The notes beneath the pieces are model-generated. The model saw only the letters and a list, made by a program, of their open reading frames with translations. It searched no databases and was not told the origin of the DNA. From contig CBDCQT010000010.1 in NCBI GenBank assembly GCA_965220745.1, positions 128,001-192,000 of the forward strand: DNA of 64,000 nucleotides, written 5' to 3'. The DNA comes from Alphaproteobacteria bacterium. GTDB taxonomy: Bacteria; Pseudomonadota; Alphaproteobacteria; UBA828. Made by a program: the position numbers and the translations under genes. Positions 39,917 through 50,300 of the stretch are shown piece by piece (positions within the stretch are counted from its first letter, which is position 1; each line of letters begins with the position of its first letter).

Positions 39917-41041
39917 CTAGCCCCCGAGGACAGCGCCGATGGTGTCGACCGCCTCACGCACCATGGCGTCGGACAAATGCGCGTATTTCAGGGTCGTCTC
40001 CGGGTCGCGATGCCCGAGAAGCCTGCCGATGGTCAGCACCGTCTCGCCCTGCGCCATGGCGACGCTGGCGTACGTGTGCCTGAGGTCATGAATTCGGACG
40101 TCGTGCAGGTCAGCTTCCGCTCTTGCGCGATACCAGAGCTGGTCGACCGCCACCGCGGTCATGCAGCGGTTCGTCCTGGTCGAAGGGAATATCCAGACCG
40201 ACTTGCGTGGCAATCCGTCGAGGATCGCGCGCGCGGCAGACGAGAGCCAGACCGTGCGCGGCCCAACCTTGCTATCGGGCAGGAAGAGGTTACCCTCGCG
40301 ATAGAAGCGCCATTTCAGGGTGACAATCTCGCCCTTGCGGCATCCGGTGAGGAGAAGCAGCCGTATGATTGCTGTAGCCTGCGGGTGGTCGACTTCATGG
40401 CGGGACAGCACTTCGCCAAGCCGGCGAATCTCGGCGGTTGACAGGAAGCGCTGCCGTCCCCGGCGGCGGTATCGCTTGATGCCGGCGCAAGGGTTTGTCC
40501 CCTCGGGCCTGTAGCCGTAGACCTCGGCCTGGCGCATGATGACCGAGAGGATGGGGGCTGACCGGTCTGCCGAGACCGGGGTATTGTGGAGCGCCGCGAA
40601 CCAGTGCTGGACGTCATGGGCAGTGATGTCGGCGATGGGGCGCCCTTCGAACCAGGGCAAGATATGGTTGCTGAAGTAATTCCGATTGACCTTGAGTGTC
40701 GAGGGCTTCCAGTTTCGGGCGTATCGCCGGAAGACTTCGCTGGCGACCGTCTCGAAGGCGATGTCCGGCGGTGCTGCGGCCGCGTCACCGTTTCCGTTCC
40801 TGATTGCGGCCAACATGGCCCTGGCGCGCTCGCGGGCCTCGTCCACACTAACGTCGTCGGCTTTGCCGATGAGTCTCCAGACTCGCCTGCCATCGTACTG
40901 AGTATGGATGAAGTAGCGCTTGGCGCCCGAGGGCAGGACCCTAACGCCGAAGCTCTTGAGTTCGGGGTCACGGACGTCGTGGGCGGACTTGCGGGGCTTG
41001 AGCGCATCGACGCGGCGCTGACTGAGGCGAGCAGTTGCCAT
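39917..41041 (-). CDS. Tyrosine integrase
   Basis: SD GGAGG; LTGCRKGE, HDLRHTYAS, LLGH...TLKYAH. Confidence 0.9.
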   Translation of the reverse strand: MATARLSQRRVDALKPRKSAHDVRDPELKSFGVRVLPSGAKRYFIHTQYDGRRVWRLIGKADDVSVDEARERARAMLAAIRNGNGDAAAAPPDIAFETVASEVFRRYARNWKPSTLKVNRNYFSNHILPWFEGRPIADITAHDVQHWFAALHNTPVSADRSAPILSVIMRQAEVYGYRPEGTNPCAGIKRYRRRGRQRFLSTAEIRRLGEVLSRHEVDHPQATAIIRLLLLTGCRKGEIVTLKWRFYREGNLFLPDSKVGPRTVWLSSAARAILDGLPRKSVWIFPSTRTNRCMTAVAVDQLWYRARAEADLHDVRIHDLRHTYASVAMAQGETVLTIGRLLGHRDPETTLKYAHLSDAMVREAVDTIGAVLGG

Positions 41042-41214
41042 GGAATTTCCTCCCCAGTTCAGTTGCAGCCGGGGACAGAATTCGGGCAGAATTCGTGTCA
41101 CTTGGCCGAATTAGGAGGAAAAAAGCAACGCTATGTCAGTATGTTAGCACTGAAAGTGCGCGAGCGCGAGTACCACATCTAGGATCAGCGAATATGCGCG
41201 CTATTCGGCAATCA

Positions 41215-41500
41215 TCAACAGCTGGTGCGTGGTGCGCGGGTTTGCGCGATCGACCCGGCAGATACCTGGTGGGGACTGCGGCTCATGGCCGACGGGGCCG
41301 CTCCGTCCGGCCATCGGATCGTCATCTTCGCGGGGCAGCACGCGGACCTGCCGATCCAGGCCGCCGATGGTCCCGCCATCGCCGGGACCATCGGCACATC
41401 GCCCGCCATACCCACCATCATCGACACACGGCAAATGACCGTGTCCGAGCGCACGCGTTTCTTCACCGGGTTCGCCGAAACCCCGGTGCGGACCAATCAA
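41215..41500 (+). pseudogene. Internal fragment of HerA/DUF87-like ATPase
   Basis: RVCAIDPADTWWGLR...IVIFAGQHADLPI...ERTRFFTGFAET; no Walker A or clear start. Confidence 0.5.
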
Positions 41501-41657
41501 GGGGAGCTGACGGTGATTCGCCGGAGTATTGCCGGTGGACAGGCTGTCCTGAGCTTCCCGGCGCTCATTATCGATCGGCCTGCGGATTGGCTGCCGATCG
41601 GCACGGCAAGCGTCAAATCCGGCGGGACTCAGGGGGGCGAAGTTGGACGCCAACACC

Positions 41658-42338
41658 TCATGCCCGTGTGAACTTCCAGACCACCTTTCCGACGATGTGG
41701 GCCTCTTCTGCGCGGCACTCGTAGGCCGGATAGTCGGGATTGGCGGATAGCAGGCTGAGCATGCCGTCTGCGGAGAGGCCGGCGACGCGCTTGACGACGA
41801 GGCCGGTGCCGTCCCAGAGCACGAACAACTCGCCCGTGACGGGGATGCGCCTTGCGGTGTCGACAACGACGCGGTCGCCGTCGCGCAACTCGGGCTCCAT
41901 CGAGTTGCCGCGTACGCGGAGGATGCGGAGCGCATCGGGGTCGGCGTGGCCCTCGTGGCGGACCATGACCTCCGGCAGGCGCCAGCGCGCCCTCTCCTGA
42001 ACGAACTCCTCGGCGAAGGCGCCCGGCCCGGCGGAGGCCTCGACCTCGACCTCCGTGACGGTGGCGAGCGCGGGTCCGGCGGCGGGGGTCTTGCGCCGCT
42101 TGCCTTTCCAGGGCTTGGGCGCCGGAAGCTCGTCGTGGCGGAAGTCGGCGGGATCCGAGCCGAGGAGCTTTCCCAGCGCCTCGCTGTCCTGGTGCGAGAG
42201 CACCCGGGGCATGCGGCGTGAGAAGTACTGGTGAAGGTAGGCCTTGTTGCGTCCGATGGCGAGGGAGGCCTCGGCGAGGGACATTCCGTTCTTCCATAGC
42301 GCCTGGCGCAGGCTGTCTCGCGGTGGATCGGGACTCAT
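41658..42338 (-). CDS. S24 peptidase / CI-like repressor
   Basis: N-terminal HTH; VRGNSMEP, LVVKR, SANPDY. Confidence 0.88.
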   Translation of the reverse strand: MSPDPPRDSLRQALWKNGMSLAEASLAIGRNKAYLHQYFSRRMPRVLSHQDSEALGKLLGSDPADFRHDELPAPKPWKGKRRKTPAAGPALATVTEVEVEASAGPGAFAEEFVQERARWRLPEVMVRHEGHADPDALRILRVRGNSMEPELRDGDRVVVDTARRIPVTGELFVLWDGTGLVVKRVAGLSADGMLSLLSANPDYPAYECRAEEAHIVGKVVWKFTRA

Positions 42339-43072
42339 GTCATCTCCTTGCGCGTGTGCCGGGAGTGCAGTCTATTTCCTAAAAAACCCTATTGTCAATG
42401 GCTCATGTTCCGCTTATGTTCACCCGCATGGATACTCTCGACCGCTGCATCCGTGACTTGATCCTGGCCAATCCGAAGCGCTCCGGCCCCTCGGGCCGGC
42501 GCGTCGGAGCGAAGGTGCCCGGCCGCCCCGGCGTCGCCGCGCCGCTCACGCGCCGGCGTCGGACAAGCCCGGATGCCGGGGACAAGACCGCGCGGCGCCA
42601 ACGATGGGCGGTGGCCCACCCACGACCTGCGCGGTCTCGACGGCCGCGTCGCCGGGGACGAGTGCATCGTCGTGTCGAGTCCGAGGACGAATGCGGCCGC
42701 GACGGGCATGGAATGGGCGCCAGAGAAAATAAATTTTTCTGTAGCGAATCTACTTAAAAAGAACACCTGAGACGACATAGGAGGACATAAGACGACAAAT
42801 AGGTCGATAAGCATATGTAATCATTGCGCTATACGAGTTGACAGCCCACTTGTCAGGGGTTCTTTTGATTACCATAAACGACCGGAAGGAGCTGTAGCGG
42901 CAATGTTAATGAGGAAGGTTTCAGTGAAATCTACGAGCTGTTCGCGGGCCTTTTCCACGGTCTCGCGGCGCGGTCTGCGCCGCAGCCTGCAAGGCCCGGG
43001 GGCGGCGTCCCTTCCGCCGTGCGCGCCGTCCCGCGGCCGCCTCATGCAGGCGCCGTTCTCGACCAAGGGGAG

Positions 43073-45061
43073 ATGAATGAGATGAGAACCTTTGAGCTGT
43101 CCATCTGCGCCCTCCTGCTCGCCGCAGGCGGAGGCTGGGCGATCTGGCTCACCACCGGCTACAGGCCGAACGACCTCGCCGCCGCCGCTCTCGCGCTCGC
43201 GGCTGCGGCGTCGCTCGCGGCCTACTACGTGACCGGACGCGAGCGCTCCGGAGGCTGGATCCGCTTCGGCCTCTACAGCGCGGGCCTCTCGGTCTCCATC
43301 GCGTCGTTCTGGACCGGCATCGTGCGCCCCGTCGGGGCGGTCCAGTGGCCCGACGCCACCCTGGACTGGCTGCTCGGGCTGGAAGGGTCCGGGCTGGTCA
43401 TGCTGGTGCTCCCGATCGCGGCCGTCCCGGTGCTGGCCCTGCTCTGGTGCGGGGCGGCTTTCCATCTGATCGGGCAGGCCGGCGGCGGTGGGCGCCGACG
43501 GCGCGCGAAGTCCGACCTCCACGGCAGGGCCGCGCTGCTGGACCGGCGCTCCATGCGCAAGCTGGCGAAACGCCGGGGCATCCTGCTCGGCCAGTGGGGC
43601 GAGCGAAAGAACGCGCCCCTGATCGGCTGGTCCCTGGAGGGCTCGGCCATCACCGTCGCGCCGCCCCGCGCCGGAAAGGGCGCACTCATCGCCCTAAACC
43701 TGCTCGCGCCCGAGGGCCGCGGCTTCGACGGCTCCACCGTCACCATCGACCCGCGCGGCGAGCTCTATTGCATCGCCGCGCGCCGCCGCCGGGAGATGGG
43801 CCGGCGGACCGTGCTCATCGACCCCTTCGGGGTGGTGAGGAAGCACAGGGAGGATTTCGGGGGGTGCCTGGTGCCGGAGGTGATCAGCTCCACCTACAAC
43901 CCGCTCTCGTTCATCCGCGAGGACGAAGGCCTCGCTGTGCGCGACATCAACGTGCTGCTCGACGCTCTTCTGACCCCGCCCCGTCCGGGCGCTCCCGAGA
44001 ACAGCCGGCACTTCTACGAGTCCGCCCGCGCCATCGTCGCGGGATACATGGCCTGGGTGCGCTTCCGCGAGCCGCCCGAGTTCCAGACCCTGGGCATGGT
44101 GCATCGCCTGCTCTCCATGGGGCCGGGCGAGCGGGAGGAGTTCGCCGAGCTGGTCCGCAGAACGGAGCGCTTCGCCGGCGGTCTGACCCATATCGCCGTC
44201 GAGCGCCAGGCGCAGGTGGGCAAGGAGGAAGGCGGGTCCAACTTCAGCACCATCGCCAACCAGCTCTCCTTCCTCAACTATCCGGAGCTGCTCGAACACA
44301 CCTCCAAGCAGAGGGGCTTCAACCCGCTGATGCTGGCAGACGGCGACATCGATCTCTTCGTCGTGGTGCCGGAGGAGACCGTCGAGCACGTCAAGGGCTG
44401 GCTCCGCCTCTGGGTCGCCATTCCCAACGCCGTCGCGGGCATCAGGCCGCTCGAGCGCGACATGCTGATCGTCATCGACGAGATGCCGAGGCTCGGATAC
44501 CTCAAGCCGGTGATGGACGGCTATACCATGGCCGCCGGCAAGGGGGTGCACTTCTGGTGCTTCGCCCAGTCGATCTCGGCGCTGGATTCGACCTGGGGCA
44601 GGGAGCACCGCAAGACGCTGCTGGACCTCGCCGAGGTCGTCCAGATCCTCGGCTTCCCGCGCACCGACGCAGAAGGCGCGGAGGAGATGTCCAAGGCCAT
44701 CGGCACCGCCACCTTCGAGGGCCGGACCGAGAGCCGCTCGGGCAGCGTCTCGGACAGCCGCGTGGTCGCCGGCAACACCCAGTGGCAGGCCGGAGAATCC
44801 TTCAGTCTGGTGCGCGAGCGGCTGGTGACGCCCGACGAGCTGATGACGCTGGCGCCGGACCGGCAGTACGTAATCGGTGCGGCGAAGGACATCAAGCGCG
44901 ACGCGCTTCATCTCCACCACGCGCACTACTGGGAGCGGCCGGACACGCGCTTCCTGGCCGACCCCAACCCGTACGTTCTGCGCAAGGAGATGGCGGCGGC
45001 CAACGCCGCTGCGGGCGGCGGAACGCGCCGGCCGACGACGATCATGGGAGGTGCGGAATGA
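43073..45061 (+). CDS. virD4: Type IV coupling protein (VirD4/TraG)
   Basis: N-terminal TMs; APPRAGKG, IDPRGE, VIDEMPRLG, FAQS. Confidence 0.88.
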   Translation: MNEMRTFELSICALLLAAGGGWAIWLTTGYRPNDLAAAALALAAAASLAAYYVTGRERSGGWIRFGLYSAGLSVSIASFWTGIVRPVGAVQWPDATLDWLLGLEGSGLVMLVLPIAAVPVLALLWCGAAFHLIGQAGGGGRRRRAKSDLHGRAALLDRRSMRKLAKRRGILLGQWGERKNAPLIGWSLEGSAITVAPPRAGKGALIALNLLAPEGRGFDGSTVTIDPRGELYCIAARRRREMGRRTVLIDPFGVVRKHREDFGGCLVPEVISSTYNPLSFIREDEGLAVRDINVLLDALLTPPRPGAPENSRHFYESARAIVAGYMAWVRFREPPEFQTLGMVHRLLSMGPGEREEFAELVRRTERFAGGLTHIAVERQAQVGKEEGGSNFSTIANQLSFLNYPELLEHTSKQRGFNPLMLADGDIDLFVVVPEETVEHVKGWLRLWVAIPNAVAGIRPLERDMLIVIDEMPRLGYLKPVMDGYTMAAGKGVHFWCFAQSISALDSTWGREHRKTLLDLAEVVQILGFPRTDAEGAEEMSKAIGTATFEGRTESRSGSVSDSRVVAGNTQWQAGESFSLVRERLVTPDELMTLAPDRQYVIGAAKDIKRDALHLHHAHYWERPDTRFLADPNPYVLRKEMAAANAAAGGGTRRPTTIMGGAE

Positions 45062-45801
45062 CTGCCAGGAGGCCCAAGATGCCGGTTGGCATCGACCTGG
45101 ATGATGACCATGAGGAGACACGGCCCGTCAACGGGCAGCGGCACGAGCCGTGGAACGAATCCCGCGGCGGCGAGCCGGCGGGGGATGAGTCGGCAGGCGC
45201 GGGCGGCGCGCCTGCCGGCGACGGCCCGGCCCCGCCGGCGCCCGATGCCGGGGCTGACCCCGCTCCGGCGGAGAAGCGCGGTGGCGTTGCGCGGGCAGAC
45301 GGCGAAAGCTGGCTCTTCGCGCGCTATGTCGCGGAAAAGATCGCCGAGTACGAAGGACGTGGAGAGGAACTGCCACAGCCAGCGCAGGAAGACGCGGTCG
45401 AGCCGGCCGAACCGCACGGCGGGGGCGCTGCCGAGACAGGAGAGGAGCCCGAGCGATTGCCGGACGAGGCTCGCGAGCCCCGGGACGCGGCGATGAGCGC
45501 GGCTGCGGAACTCGCGGCCGCGCTCCGCGCCTTCAAGGCCGACTTCGTGCATTGGGCCGATAACGAAAGGCGCCGGCGCCGGCGCTGGGCGGGTCTCGCG
45601 ATGGCAGCGGGCTTCCCCGCCTGCGTCCTTCTCGGCCTGCTGGTCCAGGTGCAGTTCGAGGTCATCCCCCTGCACGACCCCACACAAGGCTGGGGTGAGC
45701 ACGTCTGGAACACATACGGACGGACCATCGTCGATTGCGAGCACGAGGCCATGCGGACGGACACGGTTGTCGAATGTCCGCTGACGGTGGGTCGGCCGTG
45801 A
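45058..45801 (+). CDS. Hypothetical membrane-anchored protein
   Basis: ATGA overlap with virD4; acidic low-complexity N-terminus, one TM. Confidence 0.65.
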   Translation: MTARRPKMPVGIDLDDDHEETRPVNGQRHEPWNESRGGEPAGDESAGAGGAPAGDGPAPPAPDAGADPAPAEKRGGVARADGESWLFARYVAEKIAEYEGRGEELPQPAQEDAVEPAEPHGGGAAETGEEPERLPDEAREPRDAAMSAAAELAAALRAFKADFVHWADNERRRRRRWAGLAMAAGFPACVLLGLLVQVQFEVIPLHDPTQGWGEHVWNTYGRTIVDCEHEAMRTDTVVECPLTVGRP

Positions 45802-45866
45802 CTGCGGTGGAGAGAAGGCGGCGGGAAATGCGAACCCCGCCGCAACGAAACGGGAGGAGACGGGCG

Positions 45867-46079
45867 ATGAGCACCGGCATGGTGCGCGAGCTGATGCGCC
45901 GCGAGGAGGTCGAGGAGCGCTTCAGCGTCTCGCGAAGCTGGATCTATTGCGAGATGCGCGCCGGGCGCTTCCCGGAGCCGGTGAAGATCGGCAAGCGCAG
46001 CGTGAGATGGCGGGTGGTGGACCTCGACGAGTGGGCTGCCGGCAGGCCCGTCGCGCACGGAGACAACAGCGACCGCTGA
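45867..46079 (+). CDS. alpA: AlpA-family excisionase/regulator
   Basis: SD GGAGG; SRSWIY...GRFPEPVKIG...WRVVDLDEW. Confidence 0.88.
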   Translation: MSTGMVRELMRREEVEERFSVSRSWIYCEMRAGRFPEPVKIGKRSVRWRVVDLDEWAAGRPVAHGDNSDR

Positions 46080-46365
46080 TCGCCACCGGCGCTCGGCGCC
46101 GTCAGGCTCCGACCCGGGGCACTCGCATGTTCAAGGGAAACAGCGTCGGCACCGCCGCCGTCTCATGCGCGACGGCAGGTAACCGCTTGCTCAGACCGGG
46201 GAAGTCCGAACCGGGGGAGGCAGGAAACAACGTCTTCGGCGAGAGCCGCAGTTCAGGATCCGGCGAAGTGTCCCGCCGTCCGCATATGGGTGGTCCCTGC
46301 GACCGGTCGGACGCGGTCAGCGGCGGCGGCTGCCGGGCGTGGTGGCGCACCCATGAGGCCGCAGC

Positions 46366-46640
46366 CTAGTAGATGCCGAACGGGAAATAGCGGGCGTTGA
46401 TCCGCTCGTAAGTGCCGTTCGCGAGGATGGCCTGCGGCGCGCCGTTCAGGCGCTGCAGAAGGGAAGCGTCCTCATGGCGCACCGCGATGCCGATCCCTTC
46501 GTCCAGCCGGTATCCCTCGCCGGCGAACGCGAAGCCGGCGCCCTCCGGACTCCGAAGCCAGGCGTATGAGCCCAGGCCGTCGCCGAACATCGCATCCAGG
46601 TGGCCCGCAACGAGGTCCGCGAATACGTCGCGGTGCAATA
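46366..46640 (-). pseudogene. C-terminal fragment of amino-acid ABC substrate-binding protein
   Basis: GIGIAVRHED...ANGTYERINARYFPF. Confidence 0.7.
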
Positions 46641-46753
46641 CGGTTCGACTCCCGCAGCGACGGTATCGCGATCGGGCCATGTTCGTTGTGACGTGAACTC
46701 CTGTGTCGTGAACTCCTGGTGGCACCTAGCGAGCTTCTTGGTTACCCTAACGA

Positions 46754-46993
46754 ATGCCGAGCGCCACGTTTGACGCCTACGCAGCCGCAAAGTCGCTCCG
46801 CGAGGCGGGTTTCGACGAAGCTCAAGCAGAGGCCGCCGTTGGGATGGTACGCGATGCTGTTACAGAAGGAGTCGCCACCAAAGCCGATCTGAAAGCCGAG
46901 ATAGCCGGCCTTGAATCCCGGATAACGTGGCGGATTGTGGCTGTCGCCCTAGCCAACGCGGGTCTCACCGTTGCCTTGCTCAAGTTGCTGTAG
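46754..46993 (+). CDS. DUF1640/CCDC90-like small protein
   Basis: FDAYAAAKSLREAGFDEAQAEA...ATKADL, C-terminal TM. Confidence 0.75.
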   Translation: MPSATFDAYAAAKSLREAGFDEAQAEAAVGMVRDAVTEGVATKADLKAEIAGLESRITWRIVAVALANAGLTVALLKLL

Positions 46994-47163
46994 CCCTTGA
47001 CCGACAAAGCTTTCTGCCCGTTGCCATCAGGGCTGGCTCGCCTGAACCGACATCCGCATTCGCAAGCGCTGCAGCGTACAACACCACGCCACTTTCGCCG
47101 TTAAGGTTAGCATTATCGCACCATTTTGGGTACTTCCCTTGATTAGATGAAAAGGAGTGTCTC

Positions 47164-47820
47164 ATGATTATTCGCATATGTATAGTCGCGATAATGATGG
47201 TGTCAATGAGTAACACATCACTTGCTGGAACATGCTCTTGCGCACCCGAAATCAATAACGCGAGTGCTGAAGTCTCTAGCAGTTGTAGTAAGCTTTGGAG
47301 CAGCGGTCACTGTACGCTGAAGGAGTCATATACGGCAACCACACAATTGCGTCTGCAATTCGGAAGCAATCCTTACGATGGCATTTCTGAACTACAGCGT
47401 GCGCTTGAACAAATTTTCGACAATCAGACCTGGAACTTATACACATTTGAACCGACCGAATTAGCTATGGACTTTATGGAATACGAGTATATTGATCGTG
47501 CGCAGAACAACTGCGGTTCCCGTACGTTTGTCGAGAATACACACCTGGTGATGATATTGTTAAACCCGCTACTCACGATTGAGGACGATAACAGCATAGC
47601 TCTACTGTTGGAGCCCTCTATCGTTTCATCGCTCATTAATGCTGTGCTTCAGCATGAAGTTGCAGACAAGGTATGCACGGCGTCTGATATCAGCGTGGTG
47701 GACATCCCACAACTGAAGTTACTCTTTGGTCATGGCTGCATCGGGCACGGCAACAGAGAGAGATATTTTGTTACAAATCTCGGGGGATTCAGTGACTGCC
47801 TGCGGCAGATAGAATTCTGA
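47164..47820 (+). CDS. Secreted Cys-containing hypothetical protein
   Basis: SD AAGGAG; signal peptide ending SLA; low GC. Confidence 0.7.
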   Translation: MIIRICIVAIMMVSMSNTSLAGTCSCAPEINNASAEVSSSCSKLWSSGHCTLKESYTATTQLRLQFGSNPYDGISELQRALEQIFDNQTWNLYTFEPTELAMDFMEYEYIDRAQNNCGSRTFVENTHLVMILLNPLLTIEDDNSIALLLEPSIVSSLINAVLQHEVADKVCTASDISVVDIPQLKLLFGHGCIGHGNRERYFVTNLGGFSDCLRQIEF

Positions 47821-47832
47821 CGAGCTGCTACC

Positions 47833-48546
47833 GTGGCCGGTGACAGGAAGAGCGAGAGCGCTACGTGCGCGGCCAAGACCGATATCGGACCAAGGCAGGC
47901 ATTCTCGAAGAGCACAAGTCAAACGGTTTGGATTTGCGCAGTTCTATTTGCGCTGCTTGTTCTATGGATCTATGTGGTCGGCGCACCGCCCCAAACGGTA
48001 GAGGCGATGCTAGCAGATGTCCTGCTTGGCGCGCTTGTCGCCGTATTCGGCATTGGGGTCGTGGGCGGTACGATCGAATGGAAGAGCAGTGTACGTGGTA
48101 TCGGTAAACTTAAAGTGACGGGAGGACTTGCAATCATCATACTTGTCGGTTTCCAGTTCCGTCCAATTTATTCCGTCACCGAACAAATACCTTATCAGGA
48201 ACATTTTAGACTTAGCGGACAGGAAACAATCGGAGCAATATTAGAGTTGTACGAACACCAATATAGTACTAACGTAGAAGGCGCGATAGATCTCAAGATT
48301 CCAAACGATGCTCGAGAGGAGATTATGAGATTTCGCACTGCGCCAGTTGGAACGGAAATTGTCTTTAGCGCCAATTGGGGATTTTGGCCACGAAATCCTA
48401 AGTTGCGTGTTCTTGATCAGATAGAGGATCGACAGAATTGTCTTTCGTTTGTGGAAGACGACAAGAATGTTATTGCTAAGCTAGACCGTGCTAGCGTCAT
48501 ACGAGCGAGAAATGGAGGAATCAACGTATATCTTTGCGAGAATTGA
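47833..48546 (+). CDS. Hypothetical 3-TM membrane protein
   Basis: Three hydrophobic segments then soluble domain; 12 bp after previous gene. Confidence 0.7.
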   Translation: MAGDRKSESATCAAKTDIGPRQAFSKSTSQTVWICAVLFALLVLWIYVVGAPPQTVEAMLADVLLGALVAVFGIGVVGGTIEWKSSVRGIGKLKVTGGLAIIILVGFQFRPIYSVTEQIPYQEHFRLSGQETIGAILELYEHQYSTNVEGAIDLKIPNDAREEIMRFRTAPVGTEIVFSANWGFWPRNPKLRVLDQIEDRQNCLSFVEDDKNVIAKLDRASVIRARNGGINVYLCEN

Positions 48547-50300
48547 GGCCGGTTAGCTAATCTCAATGCATGACACTTAGACGTAACCTCAGACTTCCCG
48601 ACAGTATAACTCTCGCACCGCGAGCCGAGATGCACCGAAGCAAATTGGATTAGATGTGGCGTTCGCGGCTATTGGCAAGATTGGCGGAGGTCGTGGCCAG
48701 TATCACTGGCCTTTTAGTTGCGCAAAGCCTACGGTACCGATTGAACAAGTTTTCTGCCAAACAACCGGTCCTTTGCAACGCCTTCACCCGGTGAGACCCA
48801 ACGTTGTCGATGTGTCTGGTGATTCGCTGGTCAGGAACGCCACGAAGCTCCTTTACGTGTTGGGTTGGTGAATGTTTTTCGGAACTTCCTAGTTTGGAGT
48901 CTTGATGTTATCCCAAATCCGGCATTTGAGCGCGGCCTGGATCACGGGAATCGCTTGTAGACTGGGGGCATGAGCGAATCGAGAGAGGCCCTTGAGGGTC
49001 ACCCTGCGGGTGATGGTCCCAGCGCTGTGCGGGAGGTCGCCCGAGAGGCCGTGAAGCTGGACACCTTCGGCGGCACGGTTCATGTCGAATGGGATCCGGA
49101 CGCGGCGGCGACGCCGTTGGGTCACCTGGCCTTCTTCGCGGAATACCTGAAGGTGAGCGGCCGCTTCGACGCGCTGGTGGCGGACTGTCCGCTGCACTAC
49201 ACGAGCCCGAACGCGCCGTCTAAGCGGGACGTGCTGGGGACGGTGCTTCTGTCGGTCCTCGCGGGGCAGTGGCGCTATGCGCACATCACCGCGCTGCGCG
49301 GCGACGGGGTCAATCCGTCGCTGCTGGGCATGACCAAGGTGGCGAGCGAGGACTCCGTTCGGCGCGGTCTGGAGCGGATCGGGGCGGAGGATGGCGCGTC
49401 CTGGCTTCGAAGCCATCTTGACGACACGGTGCGGCCTTTGCTGAGCGAGCCGTGGGTTCTGGATTGCGACACCACGATCAAGCCGCTCTACGGCCACCAG
49501 GAGGGGGCGGTGGCGAGCTACAACCCGAAGAAGCCGGGTCGTCCCTCGCACGCCTACCACGCGTTTCTGATGGCGGGCACGCGCCTTGTTCTGGAGGTCG
49601 ACGTTGCGCCGGGCAACCGCCACCGCTCGAAGAGCGCGGCGCCCTCGCTGTGGGCCCTGCTTGAGCGCCTCGGCCGTGAGCACTGGCCGCGGCTTGTCCG
49701 GGGCGACAAGGACTGGGGGAGCGAGGGCAACATGGCGTCGTGCGAGGGGGCGGGGCTGGACTATCTGTTCAAGCTGCGCCTGACGAAAGGCGCGCGCCGC
49801 CTTGCGGAGCGCCTGATGGGGCGTGACGGATGGGAGGACGCGGGCCAGGGCTGGTGGGGTATCGAGGCCGAGCTTCGTCTGCAGGGCTGGAGCCGGACGC
49901 GCCGCGTCGTTGTGCTGCGCCGGCGGCTTCCCGGGACTGTGTGTTGATGACGGCCAGGGCGATCTGTTCTGGGCCGACGCGCAGCCTGGCACCAGGGTAT
50001 GGGAGTTCGCGGTTCTGGCGACATCGCTGAATCTTGAGGTTCGCTCGATCGCCCAGCTCTATCGGGATCGGGCTGACGCGGAGAACGCCTTCGACGAGTT
50101 GAAGAACCAGTGGGGCTGGGGCGGCTTCACCACGCGGGACTTGAAGCGCTGCCAGCACATGGCCCGTCTGATCGCGCTAACCTACAACTGGTGGAGCCTG
50201 TTCGTGCGGCTGGCCGATCCCGATCGCCACCGCGAGGCGATCACCAGCCGGCGGCTTCTGCTGCACGGGATTGCGCGTCGGACCCAGCATGCCGGTCAGA

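Noticed and set aside
43345-45057. N-terminal part of the 818-aa ORF
   Set aside because: Shadow frame of virD4 in high-GC DNA
46688-46718. Tandem CGTGAACTCCTG repeat
   Set aside because: Two copies only; cannot distinguish operator from local duplication
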